A stretch of DNA of 64,000 nucleotides from Rhizodiscina lignyota (GCA_010015805.1 ML978131.1:682001-746000); one strand, 5' to 3'; positions 26,320-36,796 are shown, counted from the stretch's first letter. The notes: a model not told the origin generated them from the letters alone. A program made the numbers and translations.

Positions 26320-27594
26320 ATGCAGCTGCTTCAAAATGGGAAGAGCGTGCCGCAATCGCCGTCCTTTCGTTCACTGTCTCCGATAGCTCGCAAAATGCCC
26401 TCAAGGCGAAGGCTGCTCCTTGCAGCAGCTACATTGGCATGTATAATCTTTGTCTTAATATTACGAAGAGGCAGCATCGAACAAACATTAGGAGGAGACC
26501 TGCAGATACCTGGAGCATCTTCATGGCTCTCGAACGTCAACATCGGCAGTGCCCTCCCCAAACTATCACATGGAGGAGTCACACACAGCGACAAGAATTA
26601 TACAAGGCTCCTGGTGGTGCCTACGATGAAAGGCAACGACATCTCATGGCTGGACCAGGAACTCCCCACCCTCGATAAGATAACCTACGTCGCCGACGAC
26701 CGCACCGCCCCTTACCACCCGCCCAAGAACAAGGGCAACGAAGTCATGATCTACCTCACCTACATCATCGACCACTACGATGCCCTCCCCGACATAACCA
26801 TCTTCCTGCACGCGCACCGCCACGCCTGGCACAATAATGACCTGCTGGACAACGACGCGGCGCAGATGCTGCAGCGGCTGAGCAACGCAAGGGTGATGAG
26901 GGAAGGATATATGAACTTGCGCTGTCAATGGGATCCCGGGTGCCCGCACTGGTTGCACCCCAAGAGTGACGATTTTCATCTGAAGAAGCAGGAGCAGATA
27001 TTCATTGCAAAGGCATGGGGCGAGCTGTTCCCCTTCGAGCTCATGCCCACCGCGCTCAGTGCGCCGTGCTGTGCGCAGTTTGCAGTATCGAGGGACGCGA
27101 TTCGCGCCTTGCCAATCTCGAGATACGTCTGGTTCCGCGACTGGATCATGCGCACGGAGCTGAGCAATTACATGGCCGGCAGGGTGTTTGAGTACATTTG
27201 GCAATACATCTTCACTGGGGTGCATGAGGTGTGTCCGAGCCAGCATGTGTGCTATTGCGATGGGTATGGCGTGTGCTTTGCCGGCGAGCGCGCGTTCCAG
27301 AGGTGGTTTGAAATGCGTTGGCGGATGAATGAGAAGAAGAAGGACCTGGACAAATGGCGGGAGATGAATGTAGAGTATGAGGAAGCGAAGAACAATGGCA
27401 CGCTGGAGAGTATGAAGGAAGCGGATAGACCGCAGCAGCCGGAGGCTGTGAGGGATGATGTACTGCAGAGGGAGATTGAGAGTATGAGGATTGAGATGGC
27501 GGATATGAAAGAGGTGGCGCTCAGAAGGGGATTGGATCCGAAGATCAGGGCGCAGGAGTCCGGGAGGAAATGGGAGGAAGGTGATGGCTTTTGA
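26320..27594 (+). CDS. DUF3431 family protein (type II membrane, possibly glycosyltransferase-like); alternative start at 26395
   Basis: N-terminal TM helix; PKNKGNEVMIYLTYIIDHYD.LPD, FLHAHR.AWHN, GYMNLRCQWDPGCP, PCCAQFAVSR, GRVFEYIWQYIF. Confidence 0.85.
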   Translation: MQLLQNGKSVPQSPSFRSLSPIARKMPSRRRLLLAAATLACIIFVLILRRGSIEQTLGGDLQIPGASSWLSNVNIGSALPKLSHGGVTHSDKNYTRLLVVPTMKGNDISWLDQELPTLDKITYVADDRTAPYHPPKNKGNEVMIYLTYIIDHYDALPDITIFLHAHRHAWHNNDLLDNDAAQMLQRLSNARVMREGYMNLRCQWDPGCPHWLHPKSDDFHLKKQEQIFIAKAWGELFPFELMPTALSAPCCAQFAVSRDAIRALPISRYVWFRDWIMRTELSNYMAGRVFEYIWQYIFTGVHEVCPSQHVCYCDGYGVCFAGERAFQRWFEMRWRMNEKKKDLDKWREMNVEYEEAKNNGTLESMKEADRPQQPEAVRDDVLQREIESMRIEMADMKEVALRRGLDPKIRAQESGRKWEEGDGF

Positions 27595-28966
27595 AGAGAT
27601 GAATTGTACAGCTTATGTGTATATGATATGGAACTGGGGCTTCATCTAAAAGAACATATGGGATATTACGAAATCATGGATTCAAGATGGGTGGAGTTGA
27701 ATTAGCATCATAGCGACGGAGCTTTTGCAATTATGGCATTTGATGAAGAATACTGGCATTCTGCCCTGCACAGCAGACCGTGGGAATTTAGCAACTCTCA
27801 GAAAAGCATTCCATCTTACGGAACTTAAATCGCCGAATCATGTCAACCTTTGACGATCTGAAAAGCATCCATTGGGCACATCGAGGTTAGTCCCAGAATC
27901 ATATTTCATATGTGAGCGCATCTATCCGGTTTGTGAAATTCTGTCTAATCAAATGAATTTCACAATGTTCGTGAAGGCTAGGTCCTTATAAGCGCTAGAC
28001 AGTATGGCCGAGACCCATTACTAACTATTACTAGGCACTGATGATGGCCCTAACCCTCGACCACTGCCCAAATAAAATAAACTAGATCCGCAAACACATG
28101 ATTTCACCCTTCCGACTACAAGCAGTACATAAACCCCCATAACTGCGACGTCCACGGGCCTTGTCACTCCAGCTATGATAACTTCTAGTTCAAAGTTCTG
28201 CCATCTCGTCGGCTGGCAATCAACCAACAACAGTCTTCATCTCTTATACCATCGTCCAAACCCCAACCGAAAAATCCGAGCCTCATGAGCTCCCGTGCAA
28301 GCGATCACATCCATCTCAAGCTCCTACTTCGGCACCTTTGAACTAAGGCTACTTCGTACAATACATCGAAGCAATTGAAGCGCACACTCGCTTTAGTAAA
28401 GATAAGTTGTGTTCATTAAAGCTGCGTATCGTCAATAGGTTCTCTCTAAAACATATTAAATCATGCTCTGAGAGATGCTCTCATATATACGGAAGAACAA
28501 AACTTGTTCGTGCTCCATCCTTTTCGAACATCATCGAGCCCGCCTAATTCATTACTACTGATGTTAGCTTACCACTTCTCAGAGTTACAGCTACTCCGAA
28601 CACGTACGGTCCGGTCCCGGTCGTAATACGACCCCAAACCTAATCACCCTCTTCTTCTCCGCTCGAACACCCATGAGCTCACATCCCTTGAACACCAGTT
28701 GGAAGGTCACATGAGTGTTGGCTAGCGCCTTGTCATGTTTATAACCTTCCTTCCACAAGCAAATAACTTCGTCACCAACGCTTTTCGACTATCCTCTGAC
28801 AACAACCCCGCTCATGCTGAAGGCCTACACAATGTCAAGTCGAACGTTACCGAGCCAGAGAATTTGGGCAAGTCCTCACAAATTCAATAAGGAGACTGCG
28901 TATAGTTGAATACAAGCTATACACAGCAGCGCAGAGTCCTACACTAACACGCTTCAGACTCGTGTA

Positions 28967-29947
28967 CTAAGCACCGTGCTCTAATAAGCTCTTGACTACG
29001 TCAACCACGCATGGTTCCAGTAGAGTGTAGTGCAAACCCAGTACGTCTCTGGAACGACGCGTATCCACCGAAGTGGTCTTATTGTCTTTTAGCTCGGAAG
29101 GGACCCTATTAGATATTTGTGGGAAATTTTTCTTGATGGCATCTCCGATCTCTTTCTCCGACGCACTTCCGCAGGTGATCAAGAACCTCTTCCCTGCAGC
29201 CTCTTCCTTCTCGATCGCAAGAACATGTGCTTCTGCGAGATGCCGAACGTCAACCCACAATGTGGGCCCCGTATCACCCGGCCGGAATTTGCCTTGCACC
29301 ATGCTCAGAAATCGCTTGTTGGACGTATTGACATCATCTAGAGACTTCAAGTGCTGAATGACAGGCCCAAAAACCATTGGGGGATTCAGCACCGCAAGCG
29401 TAAACCCCGGCTTCTCCCTCTCAACAAACTCCCATGCTGCCCGCTCCGCAAACGTCTTACTCCCCTCATACGCGACGTGCCCGTTCGTGGTCGTGAGGGC
29501 TTCGTCCATCGTTATCGGATTCCAGGAGTCCTCATTATACGTCTTCGGATGATTCCCCGGGTTTACAATCGCCGCGAAACCCGACAAAATCACCACCCTC
29601 TTCACAGACGGCGCATATGCCTTGATAGCTTTCAGTATTCCCGTGGTACCGATGATCGCCGTGTCGATCAAGTCGCGCTTGTTGTCCTGTATGTTGTAGT
29701 GGAAGGGACTTGCGGTGTGGATCACGGCGTCGAATTGCGTCGCTTTGATGGCTTCATCGAATGCACCTTCTTGGGCGATGTCGTCGACGAGGGTATAGGA
29801 CAAGTTCTTCCCACGATGCATGTCGAGCAGGAATTGGCCCTTCTCCGCAGACCGGACTGTGGTTACGACTTCCTGGCCGCGGGTCAGGAGTTTGTCTAAA
29901 CAGTGAACAGCAACGAAGCCACTGCCTCCGGTGAGAAGTACTTTCAT
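28967..29947 (-). CDS. NAD(P)-dependent ketoreductase/epimerase (GRE2/aldehyde reductase II-like extended SDR); intronless
   Basis: LLTGGSGFVA, VIHTASP, YEGSK (YxxxK) TFAERAAW, NPPMVFGP. Confidence 0.88.
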   Translation of the reverse strand: MKVLLTGGSGFVAVHCLDKLLTRGQEVVTTVRSAEKGQFLLDMHRGKNLSYTLVDDIAQEGAFDEAIKATQFDAVIHTASPFHYNIQDNKRDLIDTAIIGTTGILKAIKAYAPSVKRVVILSGFAAIVNPGNHPKTYNEDSWNPITMDEALTTTNGHVAYEGSKTFAERAAWEFVEREKPGFTLAVLNPPMVFGPVIQHLKSLDDVNTSNKRFLSMVQGKFRPGDTGPTLWVDVRHLAEAHVLAIEKEEAAGKRFLITCGSASEKEIGDAIKKNFPQISNRVPSELKDNKTTSVDTRRSRDVLGLHYTLLEPCVVDVVKSLLEHGA

Positions 29948-30663
29948 GATGGGACTGGAAATGAGAAACCTGAAACGACGACTTCAAGTGTAGATTAAAT
30001 GAGAAAATGGATGAAATGGATAGATTTGATGGTCTTCTAAATTGACCAAATACCTGCAATTCTCAACGCCCTCGAGTACTCAACTCATTCAGCTATGCCG
30101 GACCTTGAGATTCGAATAAGCTGCCCGGGACAACATCGCCAATGTCGCTAACAGATGATAATTGGAATCATTGGGAACATTTGCAAGCCGCGCTACATAT
30201 GTAAACGCCGTACTTTGAGGGTGGGCCAGGGTATCGCAAACCGCTTCGGTCGATTTGCCATGTTCGACGGCAGGATGTCTAGAATTGGAGGGCCTCACAC
30301 TTACTGTCCATCTACGGGTGCATCAATCTGAGGCATGCCTTGTTGCTCTCCTTTAATCGCTTTAAGCTTCTTTACTTTCGGCGTTTCTTGAGCGTCCGTC
30401 TCTCTAGACTCGGAAGCCGCAGTTGGTAGCTCCAACAGCCCAGTGAGCGCGACAACACCGAGTCCCCTCACATTCTGCCATTTCAAGATCCTGCGCTTCG
30501 GGCAATTTGCACGCCGGAGAGATTTCTAAGGAACGAGATATTTAATTTCTAACTTGAAGTTGAGAGCGGAACGAGTGCGGAATCCTCTTGAGATACCACT
30601 CTACCCCTAACCCTACTCCACTATATTGTTGCCCACAACACTGTTTCTTAGGGTTTCCAACCC

Positions 30664-30883
30664 TAACGTGTTCGACCACCCTTGACTGCTGGGGCCCTTC
30701 GGTGCTTACTAATGCAGGCTAACCAGATCCAGCAATCACATGCTTAAAAACGTTCGAAAACCTTTCAATCCTATACGAAATTAATAATTAGTTTAACCCT
30801 ATTGAAGCTAAAGGCTCGAAAATCCCCCCATTACCTAATAAGCATCAAAGGGAGCCAGCAGTCAAGGGTGGTCGAACACGTTA
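30664..30883. mobile_element. MITE-like non-autonomous Tc1/mariner-pogo type element with TA target-site duplication
   Basis: Perfect 29-nt inverted repeat taacgtgttcgaccacccttgactgctgg (30664-30692) / ccagcagtcaagggtggtcgaacacgtta (30855-30883), extending imperfectly inward; AT-rich non-coding interior. Confidence 0.75.
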
Positions 30884-31488
30884 ATTGTAATCTTACCTTT
30901 CGGCTGATATCTGGGGAATTCGCGCAGTATCTCCGACTTCCCCTTTTTCAACTTCAACGTCGACAGAGAAGGCCTAAAGCACACTGTTTAAGGCCTGAAT
31001 GCTTGAAAGGAGCCAAAGCTTTCATAAAAGTATTTATTTAAAAGGGATTATAAGGCATACTGTATGATTAGTCAGGCAGAAACCCCCACGTGGGCCAGAA
31101 ATGGCCTAAAAGCGCGAATGAAAATCTCTCTCCCTCTCTCTCTCACGTCGACAGAGAAGATCTTGAGATGGTCGGCCAGGAGTTCCGTTACAGGAGAATC
31201 CTAACAATGATATCTTATACCTGACTTTAAGAAATAACACTAGCCTTCGAACCAAAATATATATGCCCTCTAGAGTAATGCCTCTCACCAATTTTCATAA
31301 AACTCTTTTCCAACTTGATATTCAACTCCAAGAGTAACTCCAGTGTCAAAATCGCTAATGACATCTCTTAAGAGAAGAGCAATTTCTTATGCCAATATTT
31401 CATGAACTCCCGGCCCAGACTTTACTTGACCCCAATTTTGTGACCAGTTCATTTACACTACGACCAAAACCGCAATGCACACTACCCT

Positions 31489-32339
31489 TCAAGGTATCTC
31501 TGAGTCTCTCAGCTCTTTGCGCGCCTTGCGTTTCTCATCAATCTCCTCTTTCGCTCGGAAATATGCACTTAGCTTCCCAACAGGTCTGTCCCCTCCGAAC
31601 AAGGCCTTGTATCTATACATGAAAGCCTTGATCTCGGTATCCATCTTATCAAGTGGCGATGGCGCTGCACCCTCGCTCTCAAGACTGGAAATAGCGGCTT
31701 CCAGCATGTCTCGCTCCTCGAATTGGATCTGCTTGCTCAACTCCACTTCCCCTACTGTATGTCCCCAATCAGTCTCGTCGACCACGACCTTGAACTGCCC
31801 ATCGACCAACCAGGTCTGCCTGTGAGTAAACAACCACAGCATCTCCTTCAGTCCGAAATTGTCTAGTGTGCTCTTATCCTGCCTCCCTGCCCCCGCATCC
31901 GCGAGCGCACTATAGCCGATATCTCTGTGGGCGACTGATACTCCTCGAACCGCGAGTTGCGATAATCCCCGCCCCTATCGACTTTCGCTTCCCACCCAGC
32001 ATTCGTAGCAAGCCCTAGACTCCCTATCATCGTCTTATGTGGCACATCCCGATCGTTCATGAAGTACTGCTCGCGGAATCGGACCCAAACGCCTCTAGAG
32101 CAGAGGGCGGCATTATCATCGTAGTAGGTGTCGGTGATTCCTTCTGTGTTCAGTTTCTTCACACTCTGGAAGATGCAGACAGGCGGTAGTTCGGTATGCG
32201 GTTTAGCCAAAACGTCATTGGGGACAGTGATCTTGTTGGGAGAGGCGACATTTTCAGTGCGAAGGGCAGTGAGCAGGCGAGGTGTGGGTACGAATTTGCG
32301 CTCGGCCTCGAGGATTCGGGTGAGAAGTCTTCGAGACAT
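31489..32339 (-). pseudogene. CYTH-domain (thiamine-triphosphatase-like) protein with an apparent frameshift near 31860-31900 (real lesion or assembly error)
   Basis: EAERKF (ExExK), TDTYYD, GVWVRFR, WEAKV, RFEEY in the first ORF; DNFGL, WLVDGQFKVVVDETDWGHTVGEVEL, GKLSAYF in a second frame. Confidence 0.7.
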
Positions 32340-32656
32340 TGTTCTCGATGTGTTGTGTTACTCTTTGAAGTTGGTTATATAGATAGGAATCACAATTACA
32401 TTAGTTGAATAGAAAGATCTAGTGATAATGTTTGTACATCATGTTGTACACCAAACCGTTGCCACAGAAGGGTGTTTGTTATAACCCAACTAGTGATACA
32501 TGTTTACGCAGCCTCAAGGTAGCCTGGAGCCATATGCCCAGTAAGGTAAATGTTGTAAAAATAGGTGAACCTAAAGCGGGTGTTAAGGGCGGTGGTTGTG
32601 TAGGAACCAGATTAAATATATGCCTATATATTTAATATTCCAATTTCCATATCTCA

Positions 32657-32760
32657 GCGGTGTGGTGCCCGATTGGTTAAGTTGGAATCGACAGATGGAA
32701 TCGAAGGCTAGTTTCGATTCAAAGCGACGCTCTCCACGCGTCCAATCCACGCCAGCCGCA
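32657..32760 (+). tRNA. Degenerate tRNA-like / Pol III-like element
   Basis: GCGG...CCGCA acceptor-like ends, A-box/D-arm-like TGGTGCCCGATTGGTTAAG, degenerate T-loop GTCCAATCC, immediately followed by a T10 run. Confidence 0.3.
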
Positions 32761-33415
32761 CTTTTTTTTTTCTTCTTATTTCTTTTTCGCCTTTTTCTAT
32801 AACCTCTAGTTTATATTCACTTCTAGTTCCAGCTCATTTCCTTTTATCGCTGTGGGTTGACGTTTTCACGGAGCAGAGTTGGGGCACGCGGCTTGAAGTT
32901 GCACTTCACTAGGCACAAACACACCAGGCGAAGACCCGTCTTCACATAATATTGTCATTGGAATGTCCGCATGATATTTCTTTTGCCAGCAGCAATATTC
33001 TCGAAGTTTAACGTTCTACCAGCCACTTAGCTGTCTGCGCAGACTCAGTCTAAGGGGCAGGCGGTCTGCCGCCATACGGACGCTCACGATGGGTGCGCGT
33101 TCCGCATATCTTACAGAACCAATCACACTCTCGCTAGTGATAGCTTAGTTCTATGTTCTTCTGAGTATATGATAATGACAGACAATTGAAAAACTTGCCT
33201 GCTCACAAGGCTCAAGAGTGACTGGAGAGTTGGCTGCCGGACAGAGAAAGTAGAGACAACGCGGGATGACTCGCTCTGAGGAGGCGAATGCTGTAACGCA
33301 CAAAGGCAGTTAGCTCTCGCTGAAGATACAGTTCTGTATTATCTGGAGGTTACACATCATGTCCATTCGGCGCCCTGAAGACTACAGCTAACTTCTCTGT
33401 CACTCTAAGCTTGAC

Positions 33416-34230
33416 TCAGGCTCCCAGCAAGAGCCTGTACCACTTCGCAAAATTCTTGTACGACATCTCTGTCTCCTCTCCCGTATCAAAGTCTAGAAAC
33501 AAATGCTTGTAATTCTTTAGAATTTCAAAAATGTTCTGCTCGTATTCCGAATATCGTTTCTCAAACAGCTGCTCATCATCCGCCTCTCTCGCACGTGCCA
33601 GGTACCTTTCCTTCGCCAACCACTTGGAGCAATGTAGATGCAGCACTGCTTCTGGCTTCCCGAACGACCTCTCAAACTCCGCTGCTTGCGCGACATCCCG
33701 TGGGAATCCGTCAATGATGATGGCGCGTGGTGGTTGTGCGATGTGCTGGACCTTGAATTCAGGTCCATCTTTGACTGTCACAACTTTATTCTCATCGACG
33801 TTGTAATGCATGAAAATCTGCAGGACCAGCGGTCTGGTGCTTGTCGTTTTGTACAGATCCGGAGCAATGCGCGTCGCAATATGGTCCAACATAAGCGGGT
33901 CGTTGCACTCCAAGCCCAGTTCTACGGAATCAATCTTCAGCTTCAGAAGCGGCATGAGGACACATGCAGGGAGCAGGTCTCCGCTCGTGAGACGCGCTTC
34001 GACGATACTACGCAGGAGGTTCGGTCCTTCGCCTTGAGCATCGCGCACACTGCGGAGGAAGTCGCCCACGGACAGGTGGTAGAGATTGTGATCTTGAGCG
34101 AGGCGTTTGAGAAGGGTACCTTTGCCGGCACCCGGTGGACCTTGTACGTGAGGAGTTAGTATCTGCGTGTTCTGTTGAGGATTCAAATAGTTTGGAGTTC
34201 ACCTATTGCAAAAATGATGGGAATGCCCAT
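33416..34230 (-). CDS. Nucleoside monophosphate kinase, adenylate kinase / UMP-CMP kinase family (short LID); one intron 34141-34202
   Basis: Spliced N-terminus MGIPIIFAIGPPGAGKGT (P-loop), HLSVGDFLR, IIIDGFPR, RYLARAREADD; GT...CTAAC...AG intron restores the P-loop. Confidence 0.88.
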
Positions 34231-34753
34231 CTTGTTCAAAGCTGAATGTGGGTGTCGTGGAGACTGATAGGATTGAGAGGTTCTGGCTCCAGAGCAGGTG
34301 GACGCCTTTATGTATGGCAGCGATAAGTCGTTTGTGGAGTGAGAAACGGGAAAGCAGAGGAGGTTGAAAGGTATTCAATGCCGCTTGCAATGAAGCAATT
34401 GAATGCCGGAAAATTGAAAACAGCAACAAGTATTCTCATCGTTCAACAATGGCAGGTAACAAATGCACATTCATGGTCAATGAGAAGCATTGCATGCTGG
34501 TGATAGACGCTGTGAGGGAATAATGAATAGACAAGCAAACCTGTTGCGCGAGCCTCTGCAGCTAAGAAGTGGCCATAAAAGTTGTCTCAAACAATGAGAC
34601 AATGATTCCCTACCAAGCATGTGCTGTCCAAGAACAGAGCATTCAAACACGCATCACGGAATATATAATCTACGCATAGACCGTAAGTCTCGTTGAATCC
34701 TTAAGCACTTGCGTCCAGAAGATCTCCGGGAAGATCTTTCACTTTTTGTCACG
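34231..34753. promoter_or_regulatory. Short divergent intergenic region shared by the kinase and viperin genes
   Basis: Head-to-head ATGs ~520 bp apart; a TATA-like atatataa near 34660 upstream of viperin. Confidence 0.55.
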
Positions 34754-35788
34754 ATGTTGTCTTTCCAGCAAATCAAAGCCGTAGGAGGCATTTCCATCCT
34801 TCTCCTTGGTGGCGGCGCATACCTATTCCATGAGAAAATCGGCATCGTATTTACGAAGCTTCGGGATCGTCTTCCATTTTTGGCTCGTCGCAAAATTCCG
34901 GTCTCCGTCAACTACCACTTTACAAGGGTTTGCAACGCAGAATGCGGTTTCTGCTTCCACACAGCAAAGAGTTCCTACAGAGCTCCCTTGGAAGACGCCA
35001 AACTGGGTCTGCTCATGCTCAAACGCGCCGGGATGCGAAAGATGAATTTCGCCGGAGGAGAGCCGTTCATGTACCCCAAGTTCCTTGGCGAGCTGCTGGA
35101 ATTCTGTCGCGATGAGCTCCAGCTTGAGAGCATATCGATCGTGACCAACGGGACCAAGGTGACGGAGAAGTTCCTTGAAAAATACGGCCGATGCATCGAC
35201 ATTCTCGCCGTTTCGTGCGACTCGTTCGACGCAAAGACGAACATTGAGATTGGCCGCGGCAAAGACGGCGGAAACAGGGAGCAGCTCTTCCGAATTGCTG
35301 AGTGGTGTCATGAGTATGGCATCAAGTTCAAGCTCAACACGGTGGTCTGCAAGCTCAACTATCATGAGGACATGGTTGACACGGTGGAGCAGCTGGGTCC
35401 ATTCCGCTGGAAGTGTTTCCAGGTCCTGATGGTTGAAGGGGAGAACGACTCTGAGAAGACGCTACGAGATGTTAGGAAGTTCCAAATCACGGACGAGCAG
35501 TACGAGGAGTTCTGCGACCGCCACAAGCACCTGAAGTGCTTTGTACCAGAGTCAAACAAGGTGATGGCTGGTTCGTACTTGATACTGGATGAGTTTCTGC
35601 GTTTCCTTGACAAGGCTGACGGCATTGAGACTGCGTCTGACTCGATCCTTGAGGTTGGCGTACAGAAGGCTCTGGAGCAGGTCCGTTGGGATGAGGAAAG
35701 CTTTGAGAAGAGAGGTGGAGTCTACGACTGGAGCAAAGAAGTGGCAGCGGGATGCGGAGAAGGCTTGGACAAGGCGCTGGAGTTTTGA
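34754..35788 (+). CDS. RSAD2: Viperin / RSAD2-like radical SAM enzyme (ddhNTP synthase); intronless
   Basis: SVNYHFTRVCNAECGFCFHT (CxxxCxxC), NFAGGEPF, SIVTNG, DILAVSCDSFD, FKLNTVV, RWKCFQVL, VPESN..M.GSYLILDE..RFL, RGGVYDWSK; N-terminal hydrophobic helix. Confidence 0.95.
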   Translation: MLSFQQIKAVGGISILLLGGGAYLFHEKIGIVFTKLRDRLPFLARRKIPVSVNYHFTRVCNAECGFCFHTAKSSYRAPLEDAKLGLLMLKRAGMRKMNFAGGEPFMYPKFLGELLEFCRDELQLESISIVTNGTKVTEKFLEKYGRCIDILAVSCDSFDAKTNIEIGRGKDGGNREQLFRIAEWCHEYGIKFKLNTVVCKLNYHEDMVDTVEQLGPFRWKCFQVLMVEGENDSEKTLRDVRKFQITDEQYEEFCDRHKHLKCFVPESNKVMAGSYLILDEFLRFLDKADGIETASDSILEVGVQKALEQVRWDEESFEKRGGVYDWSKEVAAGCGEGLDKALEF

Positions 35789-36796
35789 AATCTGTTGAGA
35801 ATGCTCTGACAAAGGATAGAAAGGAGGAAGAGGACTGAGAGATGAACGGATCCTGAGAATGACAGAAATGTTGGTGGTAGCTTTGAAGGCATTGCACTGC
35901 AATAGGGTGTAACCTCTGTAATCAACACAGCATACAGGTTTTTCAAGAGTGTGCTGACGTTGTGTACACTCCAAGGAGCGTAGGACTGAGCTTCCACCGA
36001 TGGCCTTGCTTCCTTTAAGTGTGAGCTGCTCCCCCTGTCATTGCAGCTTGCCCGTCTGCCCGCTGGTCTGTCACCTCGAGCGGATGGAGTCATGGTGGAA
36101 GAACGGATGGAAGAAAGGGAAATGTTGAGTTTGCTTCTTTATTCACAGTTATTTTCTTTTGATCACTTCTATGAAGTTGAACGAACGCAGTCGCGGATGA
36201 AGTTGAGATAAGACGGGCTCCTTTGGACAAAGCGGCCGCCAAGCCTCCCGGGATACGCGTAAGGGCGCTGTGCTCTTACTGGACCCTGGGCCAAATTAAT
36301 TCGCGTCGATTAGCGTGATGAGATGCAGCCATCTTGCGGGGCCAGCAGGCAGCGATCACGGGCGCGACTTATTGGCCGTTCATTTCGCGTGGCACGGACT
36401 TGGATGATGCACTGCCAACCACAGCTTGACATTCTTCCACATGCGTGCGTTCAACTTCATCGTTAAACCTACTCTCGCACACCATCCTCCACGCCTCTCT
36501 CTCCCCAGCGTGACCCCTAGCTTGTGCCTGTCATGTGCGCGGGGTTTGTAGCCATTACCAAGCCCGCGGCGAAATAAATAAAAGGTCGGTCTGCATTCCC
36601 ACGCGCGAGGCCTCGTGCCCATCTTTCCGGTCATCGTGGCCTCTCGAGTCGCCCCGTCGTCGTACAAAGGGCGGGCAAGACAAAAGCCATTAACATGCTG
36701 CAGCCTCCTTTACGCCCCAGACCACACTTCACCCATCACCGAACTGCTTCTTCCGTCCTCTACCGCGTCGAAGAGGAATCTTCAATAGCGCCCAGC

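Noticed and set aside
27700..28900. Possible degraded gene between DUF3431 and the ketoreductase
   Set aside because: Only short stop-interrupted frames; nothing assignable
28967..29947. Ketoreductase as a member of the viperin cluster
   Set aside because: Very common family, separated by ~1.5 kb and a MITE; no sequence evidence of a functional link, though synteny could revive the idea
30600..30666. CCCTAA/TTAGGG telomere-like hexamers
   Set aside because: Only a few scattered units, not a tandem array; one overlaps the MITE boundary
30955..31160. 15-nt direct repeat acgtcgacagagaag and a CT microsatellite
   Set aside because: Two copies only; too short to call an LTR or array
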